Positions 37,995 to 47,354 of a stretch of DNA of 56,020 nt are shown in pieces. A model generated the notes under the pieces. The model was not told the origin of the DNA and ran no database searches. It was given only the letters and a program-made list of their open reading frames with translations. Source of the stretch: an uncultured Rikenellaceae bacterium (GTDB taxonomy: Bacteria; Bacteroidota; Bacteroidia; Bacteroidales; Rikenellaceae); the NCBI GenBank assembly GCA_964371395.1, contig CAYJLU010000001.1:1-56020 (forward strand), read 5' to 3'. How positions within the stretch are numbered: position 1 is the first letter of the stretch; every line of letters begins with the position of its first letter. Made by a program: the position numbers and the translations under genes.

Positions 37995-39035
37995 ATGCTA
38001 AGGCTATTAACTATATTATTCTTTACGCTCTGCGCTCTACCTCAAATAGGTAGGGCGCAGAGCGTAACACTTTTTCAGGGAAGTGTGTTAGAGGCACTTG
38101 AATCCGCAAAGCGTGAGGATAAATATGTGCTACTGGAGTTTCTTGCGCCGTGGAGTAGAAAGAGCAATTGGATGCACAGTGTGATACTTAAATCTACTGT
38201 GGTGGCAGAATCCTTTATAGTGTATAGTATAGACACTAATGATGAATTAGGAGCCTCGATGGCACAGCAATATAGCGTTACAGACTATCCATTTCTAGTT
38301 ATATTTGATAGTAATGGTAGTCCACTTCTAAAGTTAGATAAGACATACTCTGTTGAGGATTTTAATGCTAAATTACTAGAGGTTCAGTTGTCGCAGAGCG
38401 GTGACCTATTGTGGGAGTTGGAGACAATCTACCGTATTGCGACCTCTGCAACATCGTTAAAGAGCAGTGATGCCAAGCGACTACAACAACTAGTGAGTGA
38501 GTACCTTCAAAGACAAAGAGTCGAGCATCTGCTTGCCCAGTCTCATTGGGATATATTCTCCTCGGATGTCATAACATACTACACTGCTGATAGTTTTAAG
38601 TTTTTAAGGGATAATATCTCTGAATTTTTTGATAGTGATATTGCAAGAGAGAGATTTGAGGATATAGTCTATGAGATACTAATAGGTGCAATAGTAGAAC
38701 CTCAAACAGCCCATCTTGAGCCACTCGATACACTCTATAACGATAGTGTAACGCTTAGTATGGTGCCCTACTCAAGCGGACTTATTGAGCTTTATGAATT
38801 ATACAAGGCAGAGGATGCAGTGGGGTATATCTATAAGTTAGAGAGAGTTGTTGGTAATATAGATGAGAAATATGAGTATCAGTTAATTATGTCGCTAAAT
38901 TGGGCGATTCCATATCTAGATAAACGAGATTCAATAAGCCGTAAAAGAGCAAGACAAATGGTTGAATCTCTATTGCTCTTAACAGACTCGCCTACAAAAA
39001 TATCTCTGATAGAGTCACTTTTATGCGAAATTTAG
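37995..39035 (+). CDS. Exported thioredoxin-fold protein lacking CxxC
   Basis: Signal peptide; ALESAKREDKYVLLEFLAPWSRKS and YSVTDYPFLVIFDSNG follow the Trx-like pattern, then a helical domain. Confidence 0.65.
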   Translation: MLRLLTILFFTLCALPQIGRAQSVTLFQGSVLEALESAKREDKYVLLEFLAPWSRKSNWMHSVILKSTVVAESFIVYSIDTNDELGASMAQQYSVTDYPFLVIFDSNGSPLLKLDKTYSVEDFNAKLLEVQLSQSGDLLWELETIYRIATSATSLKSSDAKRLQQLVSEYLQRQRVEHLLAQSHWDIFSSDVITYYTADSFKFLRDNISEFFDSDIARERFEDIVYEILIGAIVEPQTAHLEPLDTLYNDSVTLSMVPYSSGLIELYELYKAEDAVGYIYKLERVVGNIDEKYEYQLIMSLNWAIPYLDKRDSISRKRARQMVESLLLLTDSPTKISLIESLLCEI

Positions 39036-39087
39036 TTAAATTTTTTGTAAATTTGACCCTTTAATATACTATAAAAAGAAGCAAATT

Positions 39088-41547
39088 ATGACTATTTCGT
39101 ACGCTTGGTTAAAGGACTATATAAGCACAGATATTTCTGCTCAAGAGGCTGCAAAATTACTAACCGCTGGAGGGCTTGAGATTGAGGGCATTGAGAGTGT
39201 TGAGGCAATTCGAGGGGGGCTAGTAGGTTTGGTTGTGGGCAAGGTGCTCACCTGTGAGAAACATCCCGATGCCGATAAACTTCGAGTAACAACGGTTGAT
39301 GTAGGTGGAGATAGCCCACTTCAGATAGTGTGTGGCGCACCTAATGTGGCAGCAGGACAGAGTGTTATTGTGGCTACTGTTGGAACTAAACTATACTCAG
39401 AGGACTCTCCAGAGCCATTTGTTATCAAAAAGTCGAAGATACGAGGTGTTGAATCATATGGTATGATATGCGCTGAGGATGAGATAGGAGTGGGTGAGTC
39501 GCACGATGGTATCATTGTACTCGAGGATACTTTCAAGGCGGGTACTCCTGCAACTACGGTATTTAACCTAGAATCGGACATTGCACTAGAGGTTGGACTT
39601 ACCCCTAATAGGGTAGATGCGGCATCTCACTATGGTGTAGCTCGTGACCTAGCGGCATCACTTTCATTACAATCTAGTGGCGAGATTAGAGCTTCGTTAC
39701 CATCAGTCGAGAAATTTGAAGCAGGTAGCGATGAGATAAATGTACGAGTAGAGAGTGGCGAGGCGGCACCAAGGTATATGGGTGTTGTGATGCGTGATAT
39801 TACTGTAAAACCATCACCAGAGTGGTTACAGCGATACTTAAAGACAATAGGAATCAATCCTAAAAATAATATTGTAGATATTACTAACTTCGTGTTGCAC
39901 GAGTGTGGGCAACCACTTCACGCCTTTGACCTAGATAGAGTAAAGGGCGAAGAGATAGTAGTACGTACGGTTGAGGCTGGTACTAAATTCACTACACTAG
40001 ATGGTGTAGAGCGTGAATTGGCAGATAATGATCTGATGATTTGTGATTCAAGCGACGCTATGTGTATAGCAGGAGTATTTGGTGGGGAGGAGTCAGGGGT
40101 AACCGATAGTACTACATCTGTATTTATCGAGAGTGCATACTTTAATGCTGCTTGGGTTCGTCGTTCGGCAAAGCGTCACGGGTTATCTACTGATGCCTCG
40201 TGGAGGTTTGAGCGAGGTTGTGATCCAGATATGGCACCATACGCCCTTAAGCGTTGTGCGTTGCTTATTGAAGAACTAGCAGGTGGTAGGGTTAGTAGCA
40301 AGGTTGTGGATATATATCCAGAGCCAATCAAACCATTCTTAGTTAATGTTGACCTTGCAAGAATCAATAGATTGATAGGTAAGGAGATTCCCTCTGAGGT
40401 TGTAAAGACAATATTCTCGGCACTAGAGATTCAGATATTGGCAGAGAGTGGAACAAAGTTAGAGTTAAGTGTTCCTGCTTATCGTGTTGATATACAGCGT
40501 GAAGCTGATATAGCAGAGGAAATTCTACGCCTGTATGGATTCAATAATATTGATAATCCACCATTTATTAAGAGCGTGCTTACGACTGGTAACCGTCCAA
40601 CTACTGATAGGTTGGTGGGTGTGATTTCCGAGATATTAGTCTCGCTTGGATTCAATGAGGTGATGAGTAATTCACTGACAAAGGCATCATACTATGAGAA
40701 TTTGGAGGTACTATCGTTAAACTCAGCAGTCAAGATTCTCAATCCACTAAGCTCTGAGCTTTCGGTTATGCGCCAAACTCTTGCATTTAACTCTCTGGAG
40801 ACCATAGCTCAGAATGCTGCAAGAAAACGAAACTCACTTAAGATTTTTGAAGTAGGCAATATCTATACTTATAACAGTGATAAGGAGTCACTTGCAAAGT
40901 ATTCGCAGTCACAGAGGTTAGGTATAGCCATCACAGGTGATATGGGACGTAAGAGTTGGAATAGTACGGCACAGTGCTCAGACTTCTTTACAGTAAAGAG
41001 CCTCGTGGAGCGACTATTCGAACGCCTAGGACTTAACTTCTATGAAGGTAGACTTGAGGCAGGTGCAAATAGTGATATATTCACAACTGAATCTGCTACC
41101 TATACCATTCGTGGAGGCGAATTATTCTCTATTGGAGAGATTCGCCCTGAGTTAGTCTCAATGCTTGAGATCAAACCACTCGCAAGGGTGCATTACGTGG
41201 AGATAGATATTGAGAAGTTACAGAAATTAGTGTCAACGGTCAAGGTTAAGGCTGTTGAATTGTCAAAATATCAACCAGTTAGACGTGATTTAGCTCTGCT
41301 TATTGATAGCTCAGTAACCTTCTCTTCGCTTCGTGAAGCAGCGATTAGAGCAGAGAAGAAATTACTAAAAAGTGTTTCGATATTTGATATTTACCAAGGC
41401 GACAAACTTCCAGAGGGTAAGAAATCTTATGCTCTGAACTTTATTCTTGAGGATTCTACCAAGACACTCACAGATAGAGATATTGAGAGAGCAATGGCAA
41501 GTATTAGTGCTGCACTCACTAAGCTAGGAGCTGAGATCCGTTCGTAA
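39088..41547 (+). CDS. pheT: Phenylalanine--tRNA ligase beta subunit
   Basis: HPDADKL, IVCGAPNV, LTPNR, GQPLHAFD, RFERG and RRDLAL motifs; -7 TAAATTTG at 39048-39055. Confidence 0.98.
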   Translation: MTISYAWLKDYISTDISAQEAAKLLTAGGLEIEGIESVEAIRGGLVGLVVGKVLTCEKHPDADKLRVTTVDVGGDSPLQIVCGAPNVAAGQSVIVATVGTKLYSEDSPEPFVIKKSKIRGVESYGMICAEDEIGVGESHDGIIVLEDTFKAGTPATTVFNLESDIALEVGLTPNRVDAASHYGVARDLAASLSLQSSGEIRASLPSVEKFEAGSDEINVRVESGEAAPRYMGVVMRDITVKPSPEWLQRYLKTIGINPKNNIVDITNFVLHECGQPLHAFDLDRVKGEEIVVRTVEAGTKFTTLDGVERELADNDLMICDSSDAMCIAGVFGGEESGVTDSTTSVFIESAYFNAAWVRRSAKRHGLSTDASWRFERGCDPDMAPYALKRCALLIEELAGGRVSSKVVDIYPEPIKPFLVNVDLARINRLIGKEIPSEVVKTIFSALEIQILAESGTKLELSVPAYRVDIQREADIAEEILRLYGFNNIDNPPFIKSVLTTGNRPTTDRLVGVISEILVSLGFNEVMSNSLTKASYYENLEVLSLNSAVKILNPLSSELSVMRQTLAFNSLETIAQNAARKRNSLKIFEVGNIYTYNSDKESLAKYSQSQRLGIAITGDMGRKSWNSTAQCSDFFTVKSLVERLFERLGLNFYEGRLEAGANSDIFTTESATYTIRGGELFSIGEIRPELVSMLEIKPLARVHYVEIDIEKLQKLVSTVKVKAVELSKYQPVRRDLALLIDSSVTFSSLREAAIRAEKKLLKSVSIFDIYQGDKLPEGKKSYALNFILEDSTKTLTDRDIERAMASISAALTKLGAEIRS

Positions 41548-41566
41548 ATTTATCAAATTACAGACA

Positions 41567-43561
41567 ATGAAATGTTATTTAACTCAAAGGCTATCAGTAC
41601 TATTGTTTGTACTGATAAGCCTGTGTTCGTGTGTTAAAAATTATCATACAACCACAGTACTTTCGCCAGATAGTACCATTATGGTTCATTTCGAGCTTAA
41701 TGAATCAGGAGAACCTAAGTATAGCGTCAAGAGAGGTGACACCATAGTACTAATGCCCTCTGCGCTAGGATTGATCACTAAGCAAGGTAATTTAAGTAGT
41801 GGATTTGAGATTAAGGACGTTGATTTTCAGTCAGTAACCTCTACTTGGGAGCCACTATGGGGCGAGGAGAGTCAGATTGAATCATCGTACAACGAGATGA
41901 GGGTATCACTAAGCCAAAGTGGAGGTGATAGATTTGCTATGGATATTGTCTTTAGGGTCTTTGATGATGGTTTTGGATTTCGGTATGAATACCCTAGACA
42001 AAGTGGGTTAGAGTCATTTACTATTGTTGAGGAGCTAAGTGAGTTTGCACTCGTAGGAGATCCAATTACGTGGTCAATCCCAGTAAAGACTAGGTTCTAT
42101 GAAGCACTCTATACCCCAGCTCCAGCAAGTAAACTTGATTGGGTCTCTACTCCAGTGACCATTGAGGATAGTACCCGTGGGCTTTACTATGCCATTCACG
42201 AGGCTAACTTAACGGATTATGCGGCGATGAACCTTAAACCAAAGAGTGGAAGCTCTGTACTTAAGGCAGAACTTACTCCTTGGAGTAGTGGCGATAAGGT
42301 ATATGTAGATTCATTGAGGCACACCCCGTGGCGTACAATGATTATCGCTCAATCCCCGAGCGAGCTAATGCTCTCACGATTGATGCTAAATCTAAATGAG
42401 CCGAGCGTCATCGAGGATACCTCTTGGATAAAGACGGGTAAGTATATAGGTATATGGTGGGAGTACCATCGAGGGCTTAGTACGTGGCATCAGGGTGAAC
42501 GACACGGAGCAACAACCAATAATGTACTTCGATATATGGACTTTGCCGCCAAACATAACTTCCAAGGAGTACTTGTCGAGGGTTGGAATAAGGATTGGAA
42601 GACGTGGGACTTTAGTTTTACGGAGCCATATAGCGATTTTGATATTAAGCGTATTACTGATAGAGGGCGTGAATTAGGTGTTGCCCTTATCGGCCACCAC
42701 GAAACAGGAGGTAATACCCTAAACTATGAGAGTCAGATGGAGGATGCCTTTGCTATGTATAATAAATACGGAGTATCGGCAGTAAAGACAGGTTATGTGG
42801 GCGATCTACTAGATGGCAAAGAGATGCATAGTAGCCAATATGGCGTAAATCACTATCGTAGAGTTATTGAGCAGGCGGCAGATCATAAAATTATGATAAA
42901 TAACCACGAACCTATCATCCCAACGGGCTTACAGCGAACCTATCCAAACCTTATGACTCAGGAGGGAGTACGTGGGCAGGAGTGGGATGCTTGGGATGCT
43001 CAGGGAGGTAACCCGCCATCGCATACAACTATACTACCTTTCACCCGAGGATTGGCAGGTCCTATGGACTTTACACCCGTTACATTTGACTTCTCAAACC
43101 CAGTACACCCCAATACAAGAGTACAGACAACTCTTGCTAAGCAATTAGCACTCTTTGTAGTGTTATACTCACCGTGGCAGATGGCATCTGATATGATTGA
43201 TAATTATCAGAAGAACCCCGAGCCATTCAAGTTTATCGAGGAGTGTCCAACAACTTGGCACAGAACTTTAGTACTAGAGGCTAGTATCGGTAACTTTGTG
43301 ACAGTTGCAAGAAAACAGGTGGGTAGTGATAGGTGGTTTATTGGCGGAATTACCAATGAGAACAGTAGAGAAAGCACAATTAACTTCTCCTTCCTAGAAC
43401 CGAACAAAAAGTACCGAGCTACAATATACCGAGATACTAGAACAAGTGACTATATCGATAATCCATATGCCATTGAAATCGAAACAATAGAGGTAGATAG
43501 CTCTACAATCCATACAATCTTTCAGGCTCGTGGAGGAGGGTATGGTATATTGTTGGAGTAG
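41567..43561 (+). CDS. Glycoside hydrolase family 97 (SusB-like alpha-glucosidase), lipoprotein signal
   Basis: LNLNEP, KYIGIWW, HGATT, VLVEGWN, HHET, VKTGY, EGVRGQE and GPMDFTP motifs. Confidence 0.93.
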   Translation: MKCYLTQRLSVLLFVLISLCSCVKNYHTTTVLSPDSTIMVHFELNESGEPKYSVKRGDTIVLMPSALGLITKQGNLSSGFEIKDVDFQSVTSTWEPLWGEESQIESSYNEMRVSLSQSGGDRFAMDIVFRVFDDGFGFRYEYPRQSGLESFTIVEELSEFALVGDPITWSIPVKTRFYEALYTPAPASKLDWVSTPVTIEDSTRGLYYAIHEANLTDYAAMNLKPKSGSSVLKAELTPWSSGDKVYVDSLRHTPWRTMIIAQSPSELMLSRLMLNLNEPSVIEDTSWIKTGKYIGIWWEYHRGLSTWHQGERHGATTNNVLRYMDFAAKHNFQGVLVEGWNKDWKTWDFSFTEPYSDFDIKRITDRGRELGVALIGHHETGGNTLNYESQMEDAFAMYNKYGVSAVKTGYVGDLLDGKEMHSSQYGVNHYRRVIEQAADHKIMINNHEPIIPTGLQRTYPNLMTQEGVRGQEWDAWDAQGGNPPSHTTILPFTRGLAGPMDFTPVTFDFSNPVHPNTRVQTTLAKQLALFVVLYSPWQMASDMIDNYQKNPEPFKFIEECPTTWHRTLVLEASIGNFVTVARKQVGSDRWFIGGITNENSRESTINFSFLEPNKKYRATIYRDTRTSDYIDNPYAIEIETIEVDSSTIHTIFQARGGGYGILLE

Positions 43562-43650
43562 TACTAAAATTCGTTGTAGCCTCTAGTTAATAATTTTTCT
43601 GTTTTAAATTACGTTATACATTTGTATTTTTAATGTAATTTTAAACTGAA

Positions 43651-44592
43651 ATGTTACGCAAATCTTTGATTTTTATAGCTGTACTGCTACTTGCAAGCTC
43701 TGCAAGTAGTTTAGCACAAAGTAATACTATCCCCCCAAAAACTACTACTAAAATGAAAGAATTATCAGAACAAGAACGCTATGTTATCGAGAATAAGGGA
43801 ACAGAACGCCCATTCTCGGGCAAGTACAACAACTTTTATGACCAAGGGCTATACACTTGTAAGAGGTGTGAGAGTCCGCTATATCGCTCCGAAGATAAGT
43901 TTGACTCAAGGTGTGGATGGCCGGCGTTTGACAATGAGATTCAAGGAGCTGTAAAGCGTCTGCTTGATGCCGATGGCAGACGTACGGAGATTATCTGTAA
44001 TAACTGTGAGGCTCACCTAGGGCACGTATTTATCGGCGAGGGACTCACCCAGACCAATACACGACACTGTGTCAATTCAATATCTATGGAGTTTATCCCC
44101 GCAGCTAAAGTTCAAAGAGCTATATTCGCTGGAGGTTGTTTTTGGGGTGTTGAGCACCTCTTTGAGAAGCAAGAGGGTGTGCTAATGGTAGAATCTGGCT
44201 ATATTGGTGGTAAGACTAAGAATCCAACATATCAGGAGGTTTCACACACTGATAGTGGTCACGCCGAGGCTGTATTAGTTACATATAATAGTGAACTGAT
44301 TGATTACCGTACACTAGCCAAGCTCTTCTTTGAGATTCACGATCCAACTCAATTAAATCGCCAAGGTCCAGATATAGGCTCACAGTACCGCTCCGAGATA
44401 TTTTACCTAGATCAGACGCAAAGACAAATCGCAGAGGAACTCATCGAGGAGTTGATCCTAAGTGGCTACGATGTAAAGACGCAATTAACACCAGCTACTG
44501 AGTTCTATGTGGCAGAGGAGTATCACCAGAACTACTACAATAATAAGGGCACGGAGCCTTACTGCCATATCTATACTAAGCGTTTTAAATAG
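43651..44592 (+). CDS. msrAB: Bifunctional methionine sulfoxide reductase (MsrB-MsrA order) with an N-terminal signal peptide
   Basis: GTERPF, CGWPAF, HLGHVF and RHCVNS (MsrB); GGCFWG, GHAE and AEEYHQNY (MsrA). Confidence 0.93.
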   Translation: MLRKSLIFIAVLLLASSASSLAQSNTIPPKTTTKMKELSEQERYVIENKGTERPFSGKYNNFYDQGLYTCKRCESPLYRSEDKFDSRCGWPAFDNEIQGAVKRLLDADGRRTEIICNNCEAHLGHVFIGEGLTQTNTRHCVNSISMEFIPAAKVQRAIFAGGCFWGVEHLFEKQEGVLMVESGYIGGKTKNPTYQEVSHTDSGHAEAVLVTYNSELIDYRTLAKLFFEIHDPTQLNRQGPDIGSQYRSEIFYLDQTQRQIAEELIEELILSGYDVKTQLTPATEFYVAEEYHQNYYNNKGTEPYCHIYTKRFK

Positions 44593-44633
44593 TGGGCCGT
44601 TCTAAGTAGTATTAGTGCGTTAACAACGTGGCT

Positions 44634-45551
44634 CTACAAGTATAGGATCACAAATATTGATAGCACTGAGATAAGCATCCAGAGGATTACACCGAGAAAT
44701 ATTGGTTGTGCTCCAACGTGTTTAATAGCCTTTAGCGATAGCCCACTACCGATTAGAAATAGGGTGGCAGATAGCGTTGAATGTGAAACTAAATTTATGA
44801 CCATCGACAAGCGTTCACCTAGGTTTACATAGGTGTTTATAACCATTGCTACGATAAAGTAAAGGATAAACCACGGGATTTTAATCTTTGTACCCTTCGG
44901 GCTGAATATCCACATTGAGATCAGTGAAATGGGGATAATCCAGAGTGCACGAGTTAGTTTAACAGTTGTAGCAACCTCTAGTGCATCAGGACCATATGCT
45001 GCACCTGCGCCCACAACCGAGCTTGTATCGTGGATAGCTATTGCCGCCCATAGCCCAAAGTCTTGCTGGGTGAGTTCAAGAGCGTGACCTATTAATGGAA
45101 AGATTAATAGAGCTATTGCATTGAGAATAAATATTGTAACCATAGATATGGTAATTTCACTCTCATTGGCACGAATAGTTGGCGATACAGCGGCTATTGC
45201 GCTACCTCCACATATCGCCGTTCCAACAGATATGAGATACGAGATCTTCCTGTCAATTTTCATCAACCTCCCTAGCATAATTCCCACTCCAATTACCATA
45301 ATTACAGATACTATGGTGAAAATCATACCATCTTTACCCGCTGCTAGTGAATCGTGAAGGTTCATCCCGAAGCCTAGTCCCACAACCGATGCTTGAAGTA
45401 GTATTTTCGACCACTTTGAACTCACGCTATGCAAAGGATTACCGATAGTTAGTGCTAGGGCAATACCCGTGATAAGTGATATTGCAGGGGAGAAGAAAAA
45501 TGATGCAATAAGTAGAATTACGAAAATTCCAAGCCTTAATCTATTGTCCAT
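44634..45551 (-). CDS. YeiH / putative sulfate exporter family membrane protein
   Basis: GTAICGGSAIAA, IHDTSSVVGA and VKLTRALW motifs. Confidence 0.9.
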   Translation of the reverse strand: MDNRLRLGIFVILLIASFFFSPAISLITGIALALTIGNPLHSVSSKWSKILLQASVVGLGFGMNLHDSLAAGKDGMIFTIVSVIMVIGVGIMLGRLMKIDRKISYLISVGTAICGGSAIAAVSPTIRANESEITISMVTIFILNAIALLIFPLIGHALELTQQDFGLWAAIAIHDTSSVVGAGAAYGPDALEVATTVKLTRALWIIPISLISMWIFSPKGTKIKIPWFILYFIVAMVINTYVNLGERLSMVINLVSHSTLSATLFLIGSGLSLKAIKHVGAQPIFLGVILWMLISVLSIFVILYL

Positions 45552-45763
45552 AATATAGCTTTTGTTATTGTCTGAGTCTGTGGCTTATATTCAGAACGGT
45601 TCTAGCGACCAAGATTATATGTACCTATACACTAGAATCTCTTAACGCTATTTATATTCGTCTTTAGACAAAATTACCACCCTGCTCAGCGATTTACTTT
45701 AGATTTTATTGGTATTAGCAAGAGGCTTGTGTAATAGTATAACCTCGTAAAGCACTGGTTAGT

Positions 45764-46354
45764 TTATAGTGATACTAGAAAATTTGCCATTGCACGAACT
45801 GCCCTTCCACGATGAGATATAGCGTTCTTTGCCTCCATAGTCATTGTAGCAAAACTGCCCTCGCTGTACCCCTCTGCACGGAAGATAGGGTCATAACCAA
45901 ATCCATCCTCTCCCTCACACTCGGTGAGTATCTCACCACGGACAATCCCCTCGAAAATATGTTCAGTAGTACCATCAGCCTCTATAAGGCATATGGCAGT
46001 GCGGAATTGAGCGGTACGGCAATCAACCCCCATAAGCTCTTTGAGTACCTTTGCGATATTACCCTGAGTACCCTCGCCAGAGTATCTCGCAGACTTTACT
46101 CCGGGATCGCCATCAAGTGCCTCAATCTCTAGTCCAGTATCGTCAGCAAATACTATTTTACCCTGTCCCTTAAGCCTTTGAGCCACGAATTTTGCCTTTA
46201 GGCGAGCGTTACCCTCAAGTGTCGGTTCAGTTTCGGGTATATCCTCGTCAATACCACACTGACTTAGAGTTAAGACTCTAAACTCAGTACCACTAAGTGC
46301 TGCTACAATCTCTTCGACTTTGTGAGTATTATTCGTTGCAAATACTATATCCAT
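45764..46354 (-). CDS. rdgB: Non-canonical purine NTP pyrophosphatase (HAM1)
   Basis: FATNNTHK, ADDTGL, PGVKSAR, GFGYDPIF and KNAISHRG motifs. Confidence 0.96.
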   Translation of the reverse strand: MDIVFATNNTHKVEEIVAALSGTEFRVLTLSQCGIDEDIPETEPTLEGNARLKAKFVAQRLKGQGKIVFADDTGLEIEALDGDPGVKSARYSGEGTQGNIAKVLKELMGVDCRTAQFRTAICLIEADGTTEHIFEGIVRGEILTECEGEDGFGYDPIFRAEGYSEGSFATMTMEAKNAISHRGRAVRAMANFLVSL

Positions 46355-46356
46355 TA

Positions 46357-46791
46357 TTAATTGTTGTTCTGTGACCTAAACGTATAAAAATTATTGGCTA
46401 TAAAATTCCATACCATAACCACTCCAGTTGCAACTATCTTAGCGATCCAATCCGGGGTAATGATAATGTCAAAAACTGTGAACGAGAAATCAAATGTAGA
46501 GAACCAACCAAGGAATACTAAGTAATGAACACCTAGGCCGATTAGCGATACCAGCAGAAACTTTAGGTACTCGCGAGTGACGGCCTCTTCCTTGCTGCGC
46601 CACGTCCATAACCTATTTAGGATATAGTTACTAGTTGCCCCAAAGCAAAAACCTATTCCCGTTGCAATGGATAGAGAAACCCCTAAAAGGTAGCTAACTA
46701 GAGCCGTTACCGAGAAGTCTACAATAAATCCCGAAGTGCCAACAAGTGCAAAACGTAAAAATTTATATACTAAACCCTTACTAATTTTCAT
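46357..46791 (-). CDS. GtrA family membrane protein
   Basis: FLRFALVG...VDF, NYILNRLWTW and WNFIANNFYTF motifs. Confidence 0.88.
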   Translation of the reverse strand: MKISKGLVYKFLRFALVGTSGFIVDFSVTALVSYLLGVSLSIATGIGFCFGATSNYILNRLWTWRSKEEAVTREYLKFLLVSLIGLGVHYLVFLGWFSTFDFSFTVFDIIITPDWIAKIVATGVVMVWNFIANNFYTFRSQNNN

Positions 46792-46917
46792 TATCGTCTA
46801 GGCGTGAAATTAAAAAAAAATGTACTGCTCCCTGATATATAATCTCTAGATCTACTATATAACAAGATAATAGACTCGGAAAATATACCATCGAGCAGTA
46901 CCGCTTATATTGAATTA

Positions 46918-47268
46918 TTATTGAAATTCAACTAGTAGTGCACCATTAGGGACAGCCACTCCTACCTCAACCTCAACACTCTTAATCACACCGTCAAATG
47001 GTGCTGTGAGTGTATTGGCCATCTTCATCGCATTGAATTTAAGTAGTGTATCGCCTGCCTTAACCTTATCGCCCGCTTTTACTACCACCTCGGTGATAGT
47101 ACCGGGAATATATGCGTTAATCTTCTTCGGGTTTGGACGCTCCCACTTAGTCTGATTCTTATATCTTTCGCTAAGAATTGTTGTGAATGATCCGTGTGCA
47201 GTCTTAACAATTCCATACTCTGTTGTAGCCTCTGTTGAGTTACATACATTTTTATCTATATTTGACAT
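46918..47268 (-). CDS. Biotin carboxyl carrier protein
   Basis: IPGTI, GDKVKAGD, AMKM biotinylation motif and APFDG. Confidence 0.9.
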   Translation of the reverse strand: MSNIDKNVCNSTEATTEYGIVKTAHGSFTTILSERYKNQTKWERPNPKKINAYIPGTITEVVVKAGDKVKAGDTLLKFNAMKMANTLTAPFDGVIKSVEVEVGVAVPNGALLVEFQ

Positions 47269-47354
47269 CTTTCAAATGGTTTTAAGTTATAAAGTTAATA
47301 TTAACAGGGGGTGAGAGTCTATCAAATAACCCTCACCCTCTATTGTAAAAACCA

